NCBI GenBank assembly: GCA_964247055.1
Contig: OZ176052.1
Coordinates: 2,480,001 to 2,544,000, forward strand
Direction: 5' to 3'
Origin: Paragordius varius
Lineage: Eukaryota; Animalia; Nematomorpha
Length of the DNA: 64,000 nt
Part shown: in pieces, positions 39,061 to 51,760 of the stretch
Numbering within the stretch: position 1 is the stretch's first letter
Layout: each line of letters begins with the position of its first letter
Program-made: the position numbers and the translations under genes
The notes under the pieces: generated by a model
What the model was told of the DNA's origin: nothing
The model's database searches: none
What the model saw: the letters and a program-made list of their open reading frames with translations, nothing else

Positions 39061-42000
39061 TTAGCAACGTTCAAAGTAACTGTACAATTCCTCGATCTCA
39101 GTGATTTTAAACATGTAATTTTTGTCAAAAACATCATTAGGTTTGCATGTTTTAACTATACCATCTTCACCCTGCTGAGTCATATTTATATAATCGAAAT
39201 CGACTAGAGTTAGGTGTCGTTTCATGTGAGGCAGTAGTACCTTTTCAATGCAATCCATTAAATATGGTTCGTTTTGTTCGGCTATGGTTTCATCTAAAAT
39301 TTTTGAAAAATTTATAATCATAAAAATGAGGATAAAATGCATCAGATATACAAGAATTGTTTATATAACGAATTATAAAAATTTATATCTATCTATGGCA
39401 AAAGTGAGTATTCTGTTCAAAATATCTTGTCGAAAATTTTATTTATCAAAATCAATTGATTGAAATCGGATAAAATTATGTGAGGACATATGGTGTGTTT
39501 TGCGCAATGAGGGGGTCATAATTAAAAAAGATGTTCACACAAAATATGGCTAAAAACAAAAATTTATTTCAATGTGGAAATCCAAATTTCCCACACTTAG
39601 CTGAAATAAAAAATGGTTCAAAAAAATTTGTAAAAAATTAACCACAAAACTAGTACGAATATTTACCTATCAGTTACTTTACCTTAAAAATGACACAAAA
39701 TTATATTTAAATTATTAGGTTTTTATTTCAAAAATTAAAATGTACTGAGGACGGACTAAATAATAGATAAGTAAATATTAGCCTTTAACAATAACTTATT
39801 AATTTAACATTAATTAAGATTACAAGATAAAACCTATTCAAACTACGTATTATATAATCATAAAATTAAAACAAAATATTTGGTAAACTTATCTAAACCT
39901 GGAGATAACATGTCCCAACGGGTTGCCCAAAATTTACTGTAGACTGACATAAAGCCATGAAAACAATTTTGCTCATTTTCCCAATCCACATCAACGGCCA
40001 ATGACAAAATGAGATGGGAAAATTCTTCCATTAAAAGATCCGGCAACGCAATTTTATCATCTAAAAATTATAAATTGAATAATGAGAAAATTGTGCATTA
40101 TACATAATAAAGATTAAATCTGGTCACGATATCAAACTTAATACTAAAATCAGACAAAATCTCTCATCTTCCCAAGCATGCTTTACGCTGCAATGAAATA
40201 TATATCTATGCTTTCGAAATGTGGTATCAAAAAAAATCCATATAAATTGGAAAGATAAAATTAAAAACACTGAAATCTTCGATAAAATTGAACTCGAAAT
40301 ATCCTTATATGGCTTATTTAAAATGGAGCTCTCTTACTTCGACCACATCATTAGAGAGAAAAACTTGGAGTGTTAGCCCATGTCGGGAAAAGTCCAAGGT
40401 TCAAGAAAACATAGTAGATGTCAAAGCTGGATTGATAATTTAACTAAAGAAATGAAGCTAAGAAAATGCAAAAGTTGATCTAACCGTACAAGTTGGCGTA
40501 ACATACCTAAAAAATAGCGACAATTCGACCCCCAATCCTAACAACAACAACAAAATCGCCTATTAATAATCGTTGGTCATCAAGAAGTCGAAAAAGATTT
40601 TTTGGCACATTGCTTTTTTAAATCCATTTTTTGTAATTGCTTCGTTTAACAAGTCAAGGCATTTTGTATATATTAGGAAATACTTATTGTGATAATTAAT
40701 TATTATATAATAACCGTATATTCATTGAATGCAGAAAATTATATCGGTTTAGAAAGATTACATTTTTTATAAACCATAAATAATTTAATAAATTTTCGTG
40801 TTAAATTATCAAAATTATTTTTAGCGTGATAGTAAAAAAATTATGAAATAATTAACCCTTTAAATAAATATCCATTTCACCGGGTATCAACTCTGGTATT
40901 GCATGTATGTAATAATGGTTCGATCCCAGAGTATTTGTACCAATTTCTAAAAAATATACAACCAATAAGTAAATCATAATTTTAGCAAATTTAAATTAAT
41001 TATTATATTATTTATTTTTAAATTTAAAAAAATTAAATAATATAAAATGCTTTCATTCAAGGAGAAAACTATATGAGAATAAGATTTTTAGATTTTAATT
41101 TTTTAAGTCAAAATACATGGGGAAAGAAAACGAGACTAAAAAAATAACTAACCAATAGGCTTTAAACAGAATGCAAAATATTCTTCCAACATTTCGGCTT
41201 TGGAAATCAAAAGTTTCTCAACACAAGTTGCTAATTTTTCTTTGGACCCATGTAATGTTTCGTCCCAGCCAGTGCGGTCTGGATTAGATAATGATAGGAT
41301 AGAAAGATCGTAAAGACTCAAGGGTTTACCTAAGATGATAAAAAACAAATTAAATTTTGATTAAAAATAAAGCTGTTTTAATGCCTGTTTTATATATATA
41401 TATATATTAAATATACACAATTTAAGCCTAGCCTAGTCTACTATTCACAATTAAAAATTATAATACTTCCTATGTTGCAAGAGATGGCCATATGAATAGG
41501 CTATGCAAAATTAATATCCAAAATGTCGGTATATTATATAAAAAATGGCGTTTTTGCTTGAAAATGCATTTGCTACAATTTACATATTAATTCAAACCTA
41601 AAATGATAGGTTAACTTTTAATTATACCTTTCCATTCTATGGGCGGGCTCATGTTTAGACATCCGAAGTTGGTTAGAAATGTTTCATAGTACAAGGGTAT
41701 ACAAAGTTGTGAGAAATGAGCAATGTATAAACCAGTTTTATATTGGAAAAGGAGAAGGGCATATGTGGTATGTGTTAAAACAACCCCAACATAAACATGT
41801 TCCCGAATGATTCGAGTTAATTCAGACTCCTTGTATTCGTTGTAAAAGAGGTGTTTAAGTTCAGCCACACTTGATAATTGATAATCGATTTGGGCAAACT
41901 ATTAGGAATTTTGGATATAATTAATATTAAAAGTGTAAAAAAGATGCAAATTACAAAAGATTTACGGTTATAAAAGTAATTTTTTGGGGGCCTGCTGAAT

Positions 42001-45000
42001 ATCAACATAAATTTTGTAATTACAATAGATATTCAAGTCTTTCACAAATAGTCGTCAATGCAAAAACCAATTCTCTCCTATATAAGCTTTAATTAATCGG
42101 TATCTTAGGTAATGGTTGGTTTAGCTAATGAGACCAGAGAATACAATTATGAGCACAAAAAAAATTCGCATAAAAAATTTGTTTTACGAGAAACTATAAT
42201 TTATAAATTTGGCTTATGCATCAAATGTATTGACATTATAGTAAATTTTTTTATTATTTTACCAACGCAAGCTTCAGCCTAGCAAAAAAAAATTTTAAAA
42301 TTGTTTTAAAACTATTACCATCACCGTATTGTACAAGGGAATAAATATTAGGAAATGGTAAAAAAGCGATTGTAAATGCCACATATTATTATATGATCGA
42401 CATCATAAACGCAATTAGATAAATTTAAAAGTAATATTATAAATTTGATTGATCAATTTAGGTTGAGTGTGTTTAATTATATTATTTTACTTTTTAATTT
42501 TAAAATGGGATAAAATTCTATTCAAATCAATCAATGTTAAAAAGCGTAGAAATGAATATTAATAAAAATATTTTTTAAATTAATAAAATATAACTTGTTC
42601 AACCGGTTGATCGTTACCGTTTATCGAGTGTGTCTTTTTTCGCTTGAAAAGAAGTGTATTGTTTATTGAAGAGCCTAAAAATGAGATGTCTTACTTTTTG
42701 GTTTATAAAAGAAATTTATTAAATTAAAGTAAAAATGTTTTGTAAGATACTTTTAGGACTCCAAAGGTGAATTAATTTTTGAGAAAGATGATCGTTACGA
42801 GCGCCATATTTTTTGTTGCAAACTGAATCACTGCTTGAAACTTTTACCGAGTTTGATTGGTCCGTCTTTACCTAATTTATATATTTATCCATACAAACAC
42901 TAAACTCGGCCAACATAGTCGTAATGCCACCTCCCCGCCGTGTTGGCTGGGGCATGAAAATGCGCTAACGGCAAAGACCAGTTTCTAATGATCTGTAAAA
43001 TCATTAGTTGTACACAAGGACATGTGTACTACGCAAATAATCGCCTCAGATTACCACGAAATATAATATTCTGAATACGAATTACTTCGTTGTGTACGAA
43101 AACTCCAAATCCGGAGACCTACCCTTTATGATGATGATGATGATGATGATGAAAAACCAAACTTAAAAATCTAAGATATTTAAAAATTGGTTCCATAACA
43201 GTTAAATGTGTGCAACGTTCGTTGGAGGCAAAAAATATTACACACATATTTGTAAAAATATATATTAAATAGGGTGCTTTAATATGTTAAAATGAGTTAT
43301 TAAAAAATATCCTTAAATTTAATAGATGTTAATATAAATAAATCGCAAAGTTTTGCCACATTATGGTAAATAATTTTTGAAAAAAACTCTATTCACCTAT
43401 ATTTTGTAACTATTTGCTATATCGAAAGCGTGTTAGCAATCATTCTCTTAAAAACCCCCAAAAACTTTTATTGTGTATCCCAAAAATTATCTAAATAATG
43501 AGAGTCAAAATTCGCTTTGATTATATATTTGTTATATAGAAGGATAGTTTATTTAATGGTAATTATTTGACACTCAAAATATTTATTACCTCCATAACTT
43601 AATTAAATACAAATTTTTAAACAGTATAACAAAAAATTTTGAGAAAAAACAATTTTAGGTCCGGATATAAATATAAATAAGGCAACTCTTTTTTCAATTC
43701 TAATAAATTGATTGATATTTGATAATAATTATATTAACAGTAGGTAATTGCAGCTATGCATTATTTTATAAATGCAGCGCGCATTTTTGAGAGCTTAATC
43801 AGTTACACAAAATATTAACCCAAAACAAATATTAGTCCGATTGAAATAAAATTTATTACAATTATCAAATTAATTTGATTAGAATTTAAGCTACAAAACG
43901 CTGAAATTATTTGTACATTTGTACTTACTTAACTTTTATTTTGAAAATGATAAAAACATTATAAAAACCCCATATATTTTGGTAAAAATAATCAATGGAC
44001 ATATACCAGAAACACTAAAATGTTATGAATTCCAATATAAAAAATGATATAATACGGGTAAAATGGTGTCTAATTTAGGTTGTTTCCATTGGTAGTTAGG
44101 TGGCGTTGATGTAGTTTTGTCATTTTCTCCGACAAATTTATTTGACTTAAGACAAGACACAATATCTGAATGGCCCAGACTAGAACTGTTTTCTGGAAGT
44201 AATATAGTTTCAGTTGAAATGTTTTGACTTAAATTAAACAATGAACTATCCATAATGTTAATTTTTTCATTGCCATTATCATTTTTCTGTGTATCCATGT
44301 TCCAATAATTTAAATCAATGTCATTTTTAGCTTTTGAGGTTGGTAATGTTAAATCAGATTTTATATCACTCTTGGTGTTATTCAAATCATTTGGGAAAAA
44401 TGCGGAATAAACAGCAGAACGTATTTTGGCTATGATTATATCTTGATGTAAGAAACAGACCTGTTCTTTGGTCGGATGAACATTCACATCGATATTTTGA
44501 CTAGGGACCTATCACACGAAAAATATCATGGTATGATTGTTTTAAAAGCGAAATATTTTTTAAATAAAAATTTCCGCGAACCCTTATATATGGAACAGTT
44601 TATTAAGAAACATTACACGGTAATACTATAATTGAAATGAATTTTGATATTAATTGGAAAATGTTTAGCATTAGAAATGTTAGTTTACTACAAGACTTTT
44701 ATATTCCATAAATATATAATATAATATTATATCTATCACAAAAAAATATTTTACCCTAAGATCCAAATAAGCAAAATATTGCAAACTTCGTGGTATTTTA
44801 AAACCCCCATGCATATTGTTATCCTTTGATGGCTTCTTTGATAACAAAAGTGAGGAAATATTTTGTGAAACTATACTGTTTTTGCTATTATCAGTGCCAT
44901 TATTTTCATTGCTAGTAAAAGTGTTTGGATTTGAAAATTTTGAACGACTCAAAGAATCACATACACAGTTTTGATATATGGTATCAATAGCTTTTTTCAA

Positions 45001-46694
45001 ATCCACACATTTTACCAATCGATGATTTATGAAAAGGGCAAACGTATTTTTGGGCAAATTAGTGCCTGGTTTGGGTAGGTAAAAAATCATATAAATATAT
45101 TTATATGGCAAGCGCGAAACTATAAAAATTAAATTTTATCTTTTTTCATATTAGTTTAACTACGGGGTGATGTGCGAATTTTAATAGTAAATTACCCTGA
45201 TTCTTGTTGTTAGTTAAGGAAGTTAAATGTTGTGGATGCAAAAAATATCCAGTTAGGCTAAATTTGTATTTGTCCGTTTCGTCCAAATTTACCTAAATAT
45301 ATATATATATATATATATTAAAAAATTAAATATAATTAATTTTAAAGATATTCATCGGTCAAAAATCTCATATTGTTGAAAGATTAGGAAGTAATTAAAC
45401 AAATAAAAATTTTTTCCTAGGACAACAAACTTAATATATGTATTATTAAGTATACCATTTGCACTTCAAGAGTGTCCTTGAACACTTCAAGTTGGTCCTT
45501 AAAATTTTTTATTAACCATATTTTTTGCAATTATTTTATTTTATTATTTTTTAACTTAATATTGTTTATTAATTATATATTTATTCATTTAAAAATAAAA
45601 TCTTTTACTTAAAAACCACTTTTTTATTTCAAACTAATTTTTTTGCAATTTAACAAAATTATTAAATTTTAAATTTTTTAATGAAAAATTATAAATAATG
45701 ACCCAGAAAACTTATATATTTTTTAATTCGGTATTAAAATTTAATAAATTTCCAAAATAATTTTAAGAAATTAATAAAGATATACGGTTTCGGAATGATT
45801 AAAAGATTTAAAATTTATGTTAAATGATAGAAAATAGGTTAAAAACAATATAATAGATTAATAATATACGATTTGATTGATAAAAGTTAAAAACAAAACA
45901 AAAAAGTCAAAGGACCAACTTGAAGTGTTCAAAGACCAACTTGAAGTGTTCAAGGACCAACTTAAAATGTTCAAGGATAAACTTGAAATGTTCAAGGACA
46001 CTCTTGAAGTGCATATAGTATAATTTATCAGTTTAAAACCCATTTTAAAATTAAATCCTTTTTTATACAATTCAACCATCTAATATGCAATAAAACAAAA
46101 AATTTCTATTAAATTAAACTAAGTTTTACGGGAGTTAATTTATCTGCCAGCTGTTTGCCATAAATCATGGAAATAGTTTCGATCGGAGTTACCAAAGCCC
46201 CACCAAATGTTTTCAAATCTTCTTTATTATTGATTGAGGAATCAGTATTACCAGGACTTATTGCATTTATGTGTTTGAGTGTAAAAGAAACGGTAGAATT
46301 GTGTATGGCATATCTTAAATGTTTTTGATTAAATAAATAATAGTTAAAAAATTTTGTTGAAGCTAAAATTTAAAATTTTACATCTCAACGATAATATTAA
46401 CCGATTTAAATTTAAAGCCTTTAGTTACGAGTGTTTAACAAAAAAATAAATATTCTTAACATTTTACAATATACTTTGCAATCAAATCATATATCTTTAG
46501 GTATTCGCTTAGGTTATAGGTTGATCCATTTTTCAACGCATTTTTCCTAATAGGGAGATTATAAAATAAATCTTCAATGGTTATAACGGTCCCTTGATTG
46601 CCGGCTTGTCCTTTGGGCTGAGACTTTGGTTTACCATTTATGTATTCACATCTAGAATAATACATTGATTTAAAAAATATAATAGTTTTGATTC

Positions 46695-46727
<33 letters not shown>

Positions 46728-48059
46728 ACCTAAATATGAGGCATCTATAAACATATAACCTATATGATTGATTATATACCTTTTCGATCAAAATAATTTT
46801 TTTATATTATAAGCTTACAAAGTTGCGAACTTCCTACAAACTATTAATACGGGTATTTTCGTCATCGTATGAACCAAAACCATAAAATAATATAACTTTT
46901 TTTAAAAATACTATAGGCATATTATATCAATGACTTGCAAAAAATATTAAATAAATTTTTTTAGATAGAGTCACGATGTAAATAATCTATTCCTTTGTCA
47001 AACTGGAGTCACTATAAAGAAGGCTGTATTGTAATTTTTAGGTAATAAAAATAATTTACTTGAATGCACAAGGAGAATTTTTGCATTTGGATATTATAGA
47101 GACATAGGCTACTTGACTCAAACTAGCCATGGCTTCACCCCTAAACCCATACGAGGTAAGGGAAAATAAATCTTGCAACATGGTAATTTTACTGGTTGTA
47201 AAGCGTTCACAAACTATTTTGAGATCGTCTTTCTAAAATGATTAATAATCAGGATAATTGAAACTACATTATTTTTTGTGATAGCTTTTTGTGCCCAAGT
47301 GTGATTTAAATTAAATTATCAAAAAAATTATCTATGATCTTGAGAGCTAAATTAAATACATGTATCCTGTGGCCTCTTAGGAACATTTAAAAAAAATATT
47401 TTTTATTAAATGTATGGTAGAAAATTTTTGCCGCTAATTTTTTAATGGATTTTTATATTTTACTAAAAAACTGGCATGCAACATATTCTTATTATTTGGA
47501 AATTAACTTAATCATATTTAATCATATGACAGAAAATTTTCAGTAATGGTTTTTAAAACCACTGTTTGCAAACTATATCCATATTTAAGACAGTGGAAGT
47601 GAAAAAATTGTTAAAAATTATAATTTTTTTGAAAATTGAAAATATATATATTTTGGCCCATTTTAAAATTATATTACAAATTTAAGCCGCTGAAGATAGA
47701 TAAACATCCCAAAATATATCCTTTATATACAAAAGGTAAAAAGGTGTTAAGTATTAAATTCATACGTTGATGCCTGTACCATCATCCTGGATTTGTATCA
47801 TTTTAAGACCGGAATCCTTTACATTAACGTTTATTTTTTTCGAATCGGCATCTAAACTATTCTCAATCAGTTCCTTTATGGCATTCACTGGGCTTTGGAT
47901 AACTTCCCCAGCGGCTATTTTATTAATTGTAGATTCATCTAATTTACGAATTCTTCTGTGAGAACTAGATAGTAAAAATTAAAATTAAGGTTGTTTTCCA
48001 AACATAAATATTATGTTTAATATTATTCAAAATAGGCAAACCTACTTTTCTTTCATCAT
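39061..48059 (-). CDS. MLH1: DNA mismatch repair protein MLH1 (MutL homolog)
   Basis: [110 protein letters not shown]-terminal domain blocks ([26 protein letters not shown]) and the MLH1-diagnostic terminal FERC-stop at 39061. Linker exons between ~42000 and 44050 are tentative. Confidence 0.97.
40130..40555 (+). mobile_element. 5'-truncated RTE-clade LINE fragment in an MLH1 intron
   Basis: Frameshifted translation [25 protein letters not shown]...[14 protein letters not shown]...[19 protein letters not shown] fits the RTE ORF C-terminus (AFEMW..R...I.W..K..N.E; L.YFGHI.R; GK..G.R..GR...WID). It ends in an (AAC)n tail near 40541-40552. Confidence 0.8.
45450..46021. mobile_element. Foldback-type MITE with subterminal 21-bp tandem repeats, in an MLH1 intron
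   Basis: Left arm TATACCATTTGCACTTCAAGAGTGTCCTTGAACA pairs with right arm TGTTCAAGGACACTCTTGAAGTGCATATAGTATA. Five 21-bp units (AAGGACCAACTTGAAGTGTTC consensus) lie at 45910-46014; a partial copy lies at ~59405-59465. Confidence 0.7.
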
Positions 48060-48373
48060 CAATAGGGTTACTGAAAATCGGAAAACTTGATATTATTTCT
48101 TTCGATGGTAATCAATTTTAATTTGGTATATATAAATTCATTTAATAAAGTTGATTATCTATTATATTATATATTTATACCCATGGTTTTGCTTTGAATT
48201 TTAAATTTAAATATAATATGAATGAATATCATGTGTGCGTTTTCACATAACATACCTGGATTTACTTTTATCACATACACCGCTTACAAAACCGGGGGTA
48301 CATCCTGATGTTATATATTCTAATTATATCCTGATTCTCATTGTCCTTTTGGTTTTGGTCATTTTTAACTCAA

Positions 48374-49369
48374 CACTTCCAAATTGGGGTATCTAAATGC
48401 CCCAAACTAAATTTGAATCAATATTTTGAAAAAACGACTGAACGGTCCGAATTTATTTATGCTTCTATCCTGATAAATATTATATAAATGAGATATCTAA
48501 ATAATTTTAAAAAAAGTTCTATTCCAGACTATTTCAACGCCATTTTTATTTTACAAAATTTCGAAAATATTTTGTTGATTTAGTTTTCAAAGTAAATTTA
48601 AAGCTAATTTTTATTTTTATTAGATTTAACATTTATAGAAGAAATAGTAGTTTATTTTGTATTATTTTTCAATTTAGCCATGTACGTTGAATAAATTTTT
48701 ACCTTTGGGTTTAAAATCAAAATAAGTAATATCAAGTATTTTTAAATAAAATTTTTAATATATTTTGGTTTATTAACACTTGGATACAACACATCCATTT
48801 CAGTCTTTCGATTTAAATTGGGGTAGTTGGATACCCCAGGCCTGTTTAAAATTAAATAATATGGAATGGATTAAAATTTGGAAATTTCAAGGTAAAGATT
48901 TAGTCAACATGACATCACAAGCTAAATTTAAAAATAAAACTAAATAAACAACTTTTTCTGTTTCTATCAACGTTAGTAATTTAACAAATTAACTTTTATT
49001 TTAACTTCAAAATTAAATAAACACGATATTTTGCAAAAATGTTGGGAAAAAAAATGGCGTCGAAGTAGTTTGATATAAAACTTTTTGCAAGACCAAATTT
49101 TCGATATTTCGGCTTATTTATATAATTTTATCAGGATAGAAGCAGAAATTTGAATTGGGAGCGTTTCTTTCGGTATTTTTTTTAAAGATATTTCAATTTA
49201 TATATAGTAGGATATTTGGATACCCCAATTTGAAAGTGTTATGTTATGTAAGTGTAAAAAATTGCCATAGTTTTGATTCTCTCTTTATTTTAAAGTATTT
49301 TTTAACTGGGGTATTTAACTACCCCAATTCGAATTGAAGGACTTAGATTGAATGTGTTGTATCCAAGTG
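48374..49369 (+). mobile_element. piggyBac-like MITE copy D, split by nested copy E
   Basis: Degenerate left end CACTTCCAAATTGGGG; interrupted at an internal TTAA (48773-48776); resumes at ~49242 with TGTTATGTAAGTG and ends CCAAGTG|TTAA. Confidence 0.78.
48777..49238 (-). mobile_element. piggyBac-like MITE copy E nested inside copy D
   Basis: Reverse-complement copy TTAA|CACTTGGATACAAC ... CCCCAATTTGAAAGTG|TTA (second target copy lacks one A). Confidence 0.78.
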
Positions 49370-51289
49370 TTAAAAAAGTTATTTGTACTCTTATAATTAA
49401 TTGCTCCATATCGAAAAGTCGCAAAAATAGGTCACATTATATAAAATAAAAATTTTGGTTAGGGCTATATGCTTCATAAAAACATCATTACATTGCATCA
49501 TAAAATATATTTGATCCAAATAATATTTTTAACGCCGGGTTCGAAAGTCGCAAATAATTGAAACCCTCAATGGGATAATATTCTTAAAATAATAGCAAAA
49601 GTGTCAAGTCGCACAAATAATTTTTAACATCAATGGTAACCAAATCAAGAGGGCCACGAATATTTTTTAGCTTGGCTGAAGGGCCGTGTGCCGTATACAA
49701 CCGATAAATTAGCTGCTGACATGTTTTGCAGTTTATATTCAAATAATCACGAAAAGCCTAATAAGAATTTCACATTTCATCAAGAAAGTAATTTTTCTAA
49801 AGGTCTTTACTTTGCTTTAAAATTTAAATTTATTTTGTTGAAATATTTTCATGATATTTTGAGGCATGGTGAAAACGGTAAAAATAACTTGATAAATGCG
49901 AGGATCCAAAAATGTTACCACAGATTTTGAAAAGCTTAGTTTACTTTTAAATTTGGGTAAATTTTGAAAAGCTTAATTTATATTTTAATGAATTTTAATA
50001 CAGGCTTGCATCTGCTGAAATTATAGAAATATTCAATCCTCGAATAAAGAAAAGTCTTTATCATATATTAAACAGTCTCATGCTTTAAAATACATTGAAT
50101 TAAATTTAACTAAAATATAATTTTTAAAAAATTTTTTATTGTTTGTCATAATCCAGCATATATAAAACATGCTCTCAATCTCGACGTTTATAATAAGAAA
50201 ACTACCCATTGTAGATGAGTCAAAAGTTTTCGGGCCTACCTCTGAAATTCTGATATTTTTGTTTTTTCCTTTATAAATATACTTTATGATATAATTTAAA
50301 TGATGTTTTTAGAAATGAAGCATTTAGCTTTAAACAATGAAAATTTTGATATAATGTGGATTTGCGATTATTCAATATGGAGTAGTTACCACAAAAAATC
50401 ACCCGTATGTTCAAAATCAAAAGCATCCTGATAATTATGATACTTTTTTACAATCAAAATATATATTTTTTATTATGATATTTTTTTTATGATATTAAAC
50501 ATCTATATGAAGAATATTGGTTTGTTTTAACGCTAATTTTGCTACTTATCGATATAGTTATAAGTTGGAAATTCTTAATCAAACTCTAACCGCAAAAGGA
50601 AATGAACTGAAAATCAAGATATTCTCTTTCTTAATAAATGTATTTTATCAAGATATATTTTTTATGTGAAATGCATAAAACAACATTTTTTGCTCGATAT
50701 ATATATTTTGTTATAAAACATTCACCTTTTACCATAAATTGCTAATTGATCCCTCTTATTTTAACAGTAATTATAATAAATATTATATTTGACTCTTCAG
50801 CCTTAAACCATACTGTTAAATTTATGATTTATCTATGTGGTTATATTTTTTATAAGGTGCTTTATTACTGGTGCACTGTTTAAACAAATGAAAGATATTT
50901 AATTTTTGAATGGAGAAGACAAAAAATGTATAATTAAAAATATAGTTTTTTTGGTAGAATATATATGAATGTATTTTTTATACTTAAGGTCTTTGTAAAC
51001 ATCTGTGTGAAAATTCTTTGTGAACTTAAATTTCTGTAGATCCTGTACGTATATTATTAAATAAAACCCTAATGCTGATACCAAAATATCCAAAAATTAA
51101 TTAAATGCTTTTTGATTTCATATTTAATATTCTATTTTTACAAAAATATTTTATTTTTTGTTAGACATCGTATTATACGAAAAACAATGTTTTTTTCGAT
51201 TATAGCTTTACATTATTCCGATAAAAACTACGATAAAAATTGGGGCGAAAAATAAAAGAACGATTTTTTGATGGATATAATCAATTTTA

Positions 51290-51760
51290 AGGATAGATTT
51301 GTTTTAAGGGCATTTGTAAAGCATTCCCGATATATAGTTAAAAATAGTAGTAAAATAATTGTATTGTGAATTGCTGTTTGCTGATTGATTCTCTCCTCCT
51401 AGGAATTCTATCTCATATACTATAGAAATATTGTGCTACTCTCCATGGCTTTCAATTTTATAAGTAAAAAATCGTTTTGTCTACTGTATAGTTAAATCAA
51501 ATTATTGTAAAAGTTTTTAATCATGTCATTTTAAAGTAAATTTTTCTGGTTAAGTCCAAATGCATCATTATAACTACAATCTATAGACATCTGTTAATAA
51601 TTATTATACTTTTTATATATGTAATCATCTTTTCAAATGTAAAAATTATTTTTTCCAGGGTTGGACTGCAAACGTTTTTGGTACTGGTTCCACATAATTC
51701 ATAAAAATTGTTCCTGAAGGTCTAACGTTTTTCTTTTATTTAAAAATTATATAAAAGCTC
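51290..51760 (-). mobile_element. Probable highly decayed LINE (CR1/L2/Jockey-like) 3' fragment; related piece at ~56720-56880
   Basis: The two loci share alignable sequence (CATTTGTAAAGC..TCCCGATAT.TAGTTAAA). The minus-strand translation weakly resembles the LINE RT C-terminal tail (KLK.....I...HSY..R; FTNA). Weak. Confidence 0.35.

Noticed and set aside
43060-43175. Nested + strand gene in an MLH1 intron ending [17 protein letters not shown]
   Set aside because: Only ~37 open codons around a (GAT)n microsatellite, preceded by a stop, with no consistent upstream exon.
45910-46014. CRISPR-like array
   Set aside because: The 21-bp units abut with no unique spacers, lie in a eukaryotic intron and form one arm of an inverted-repeat element.
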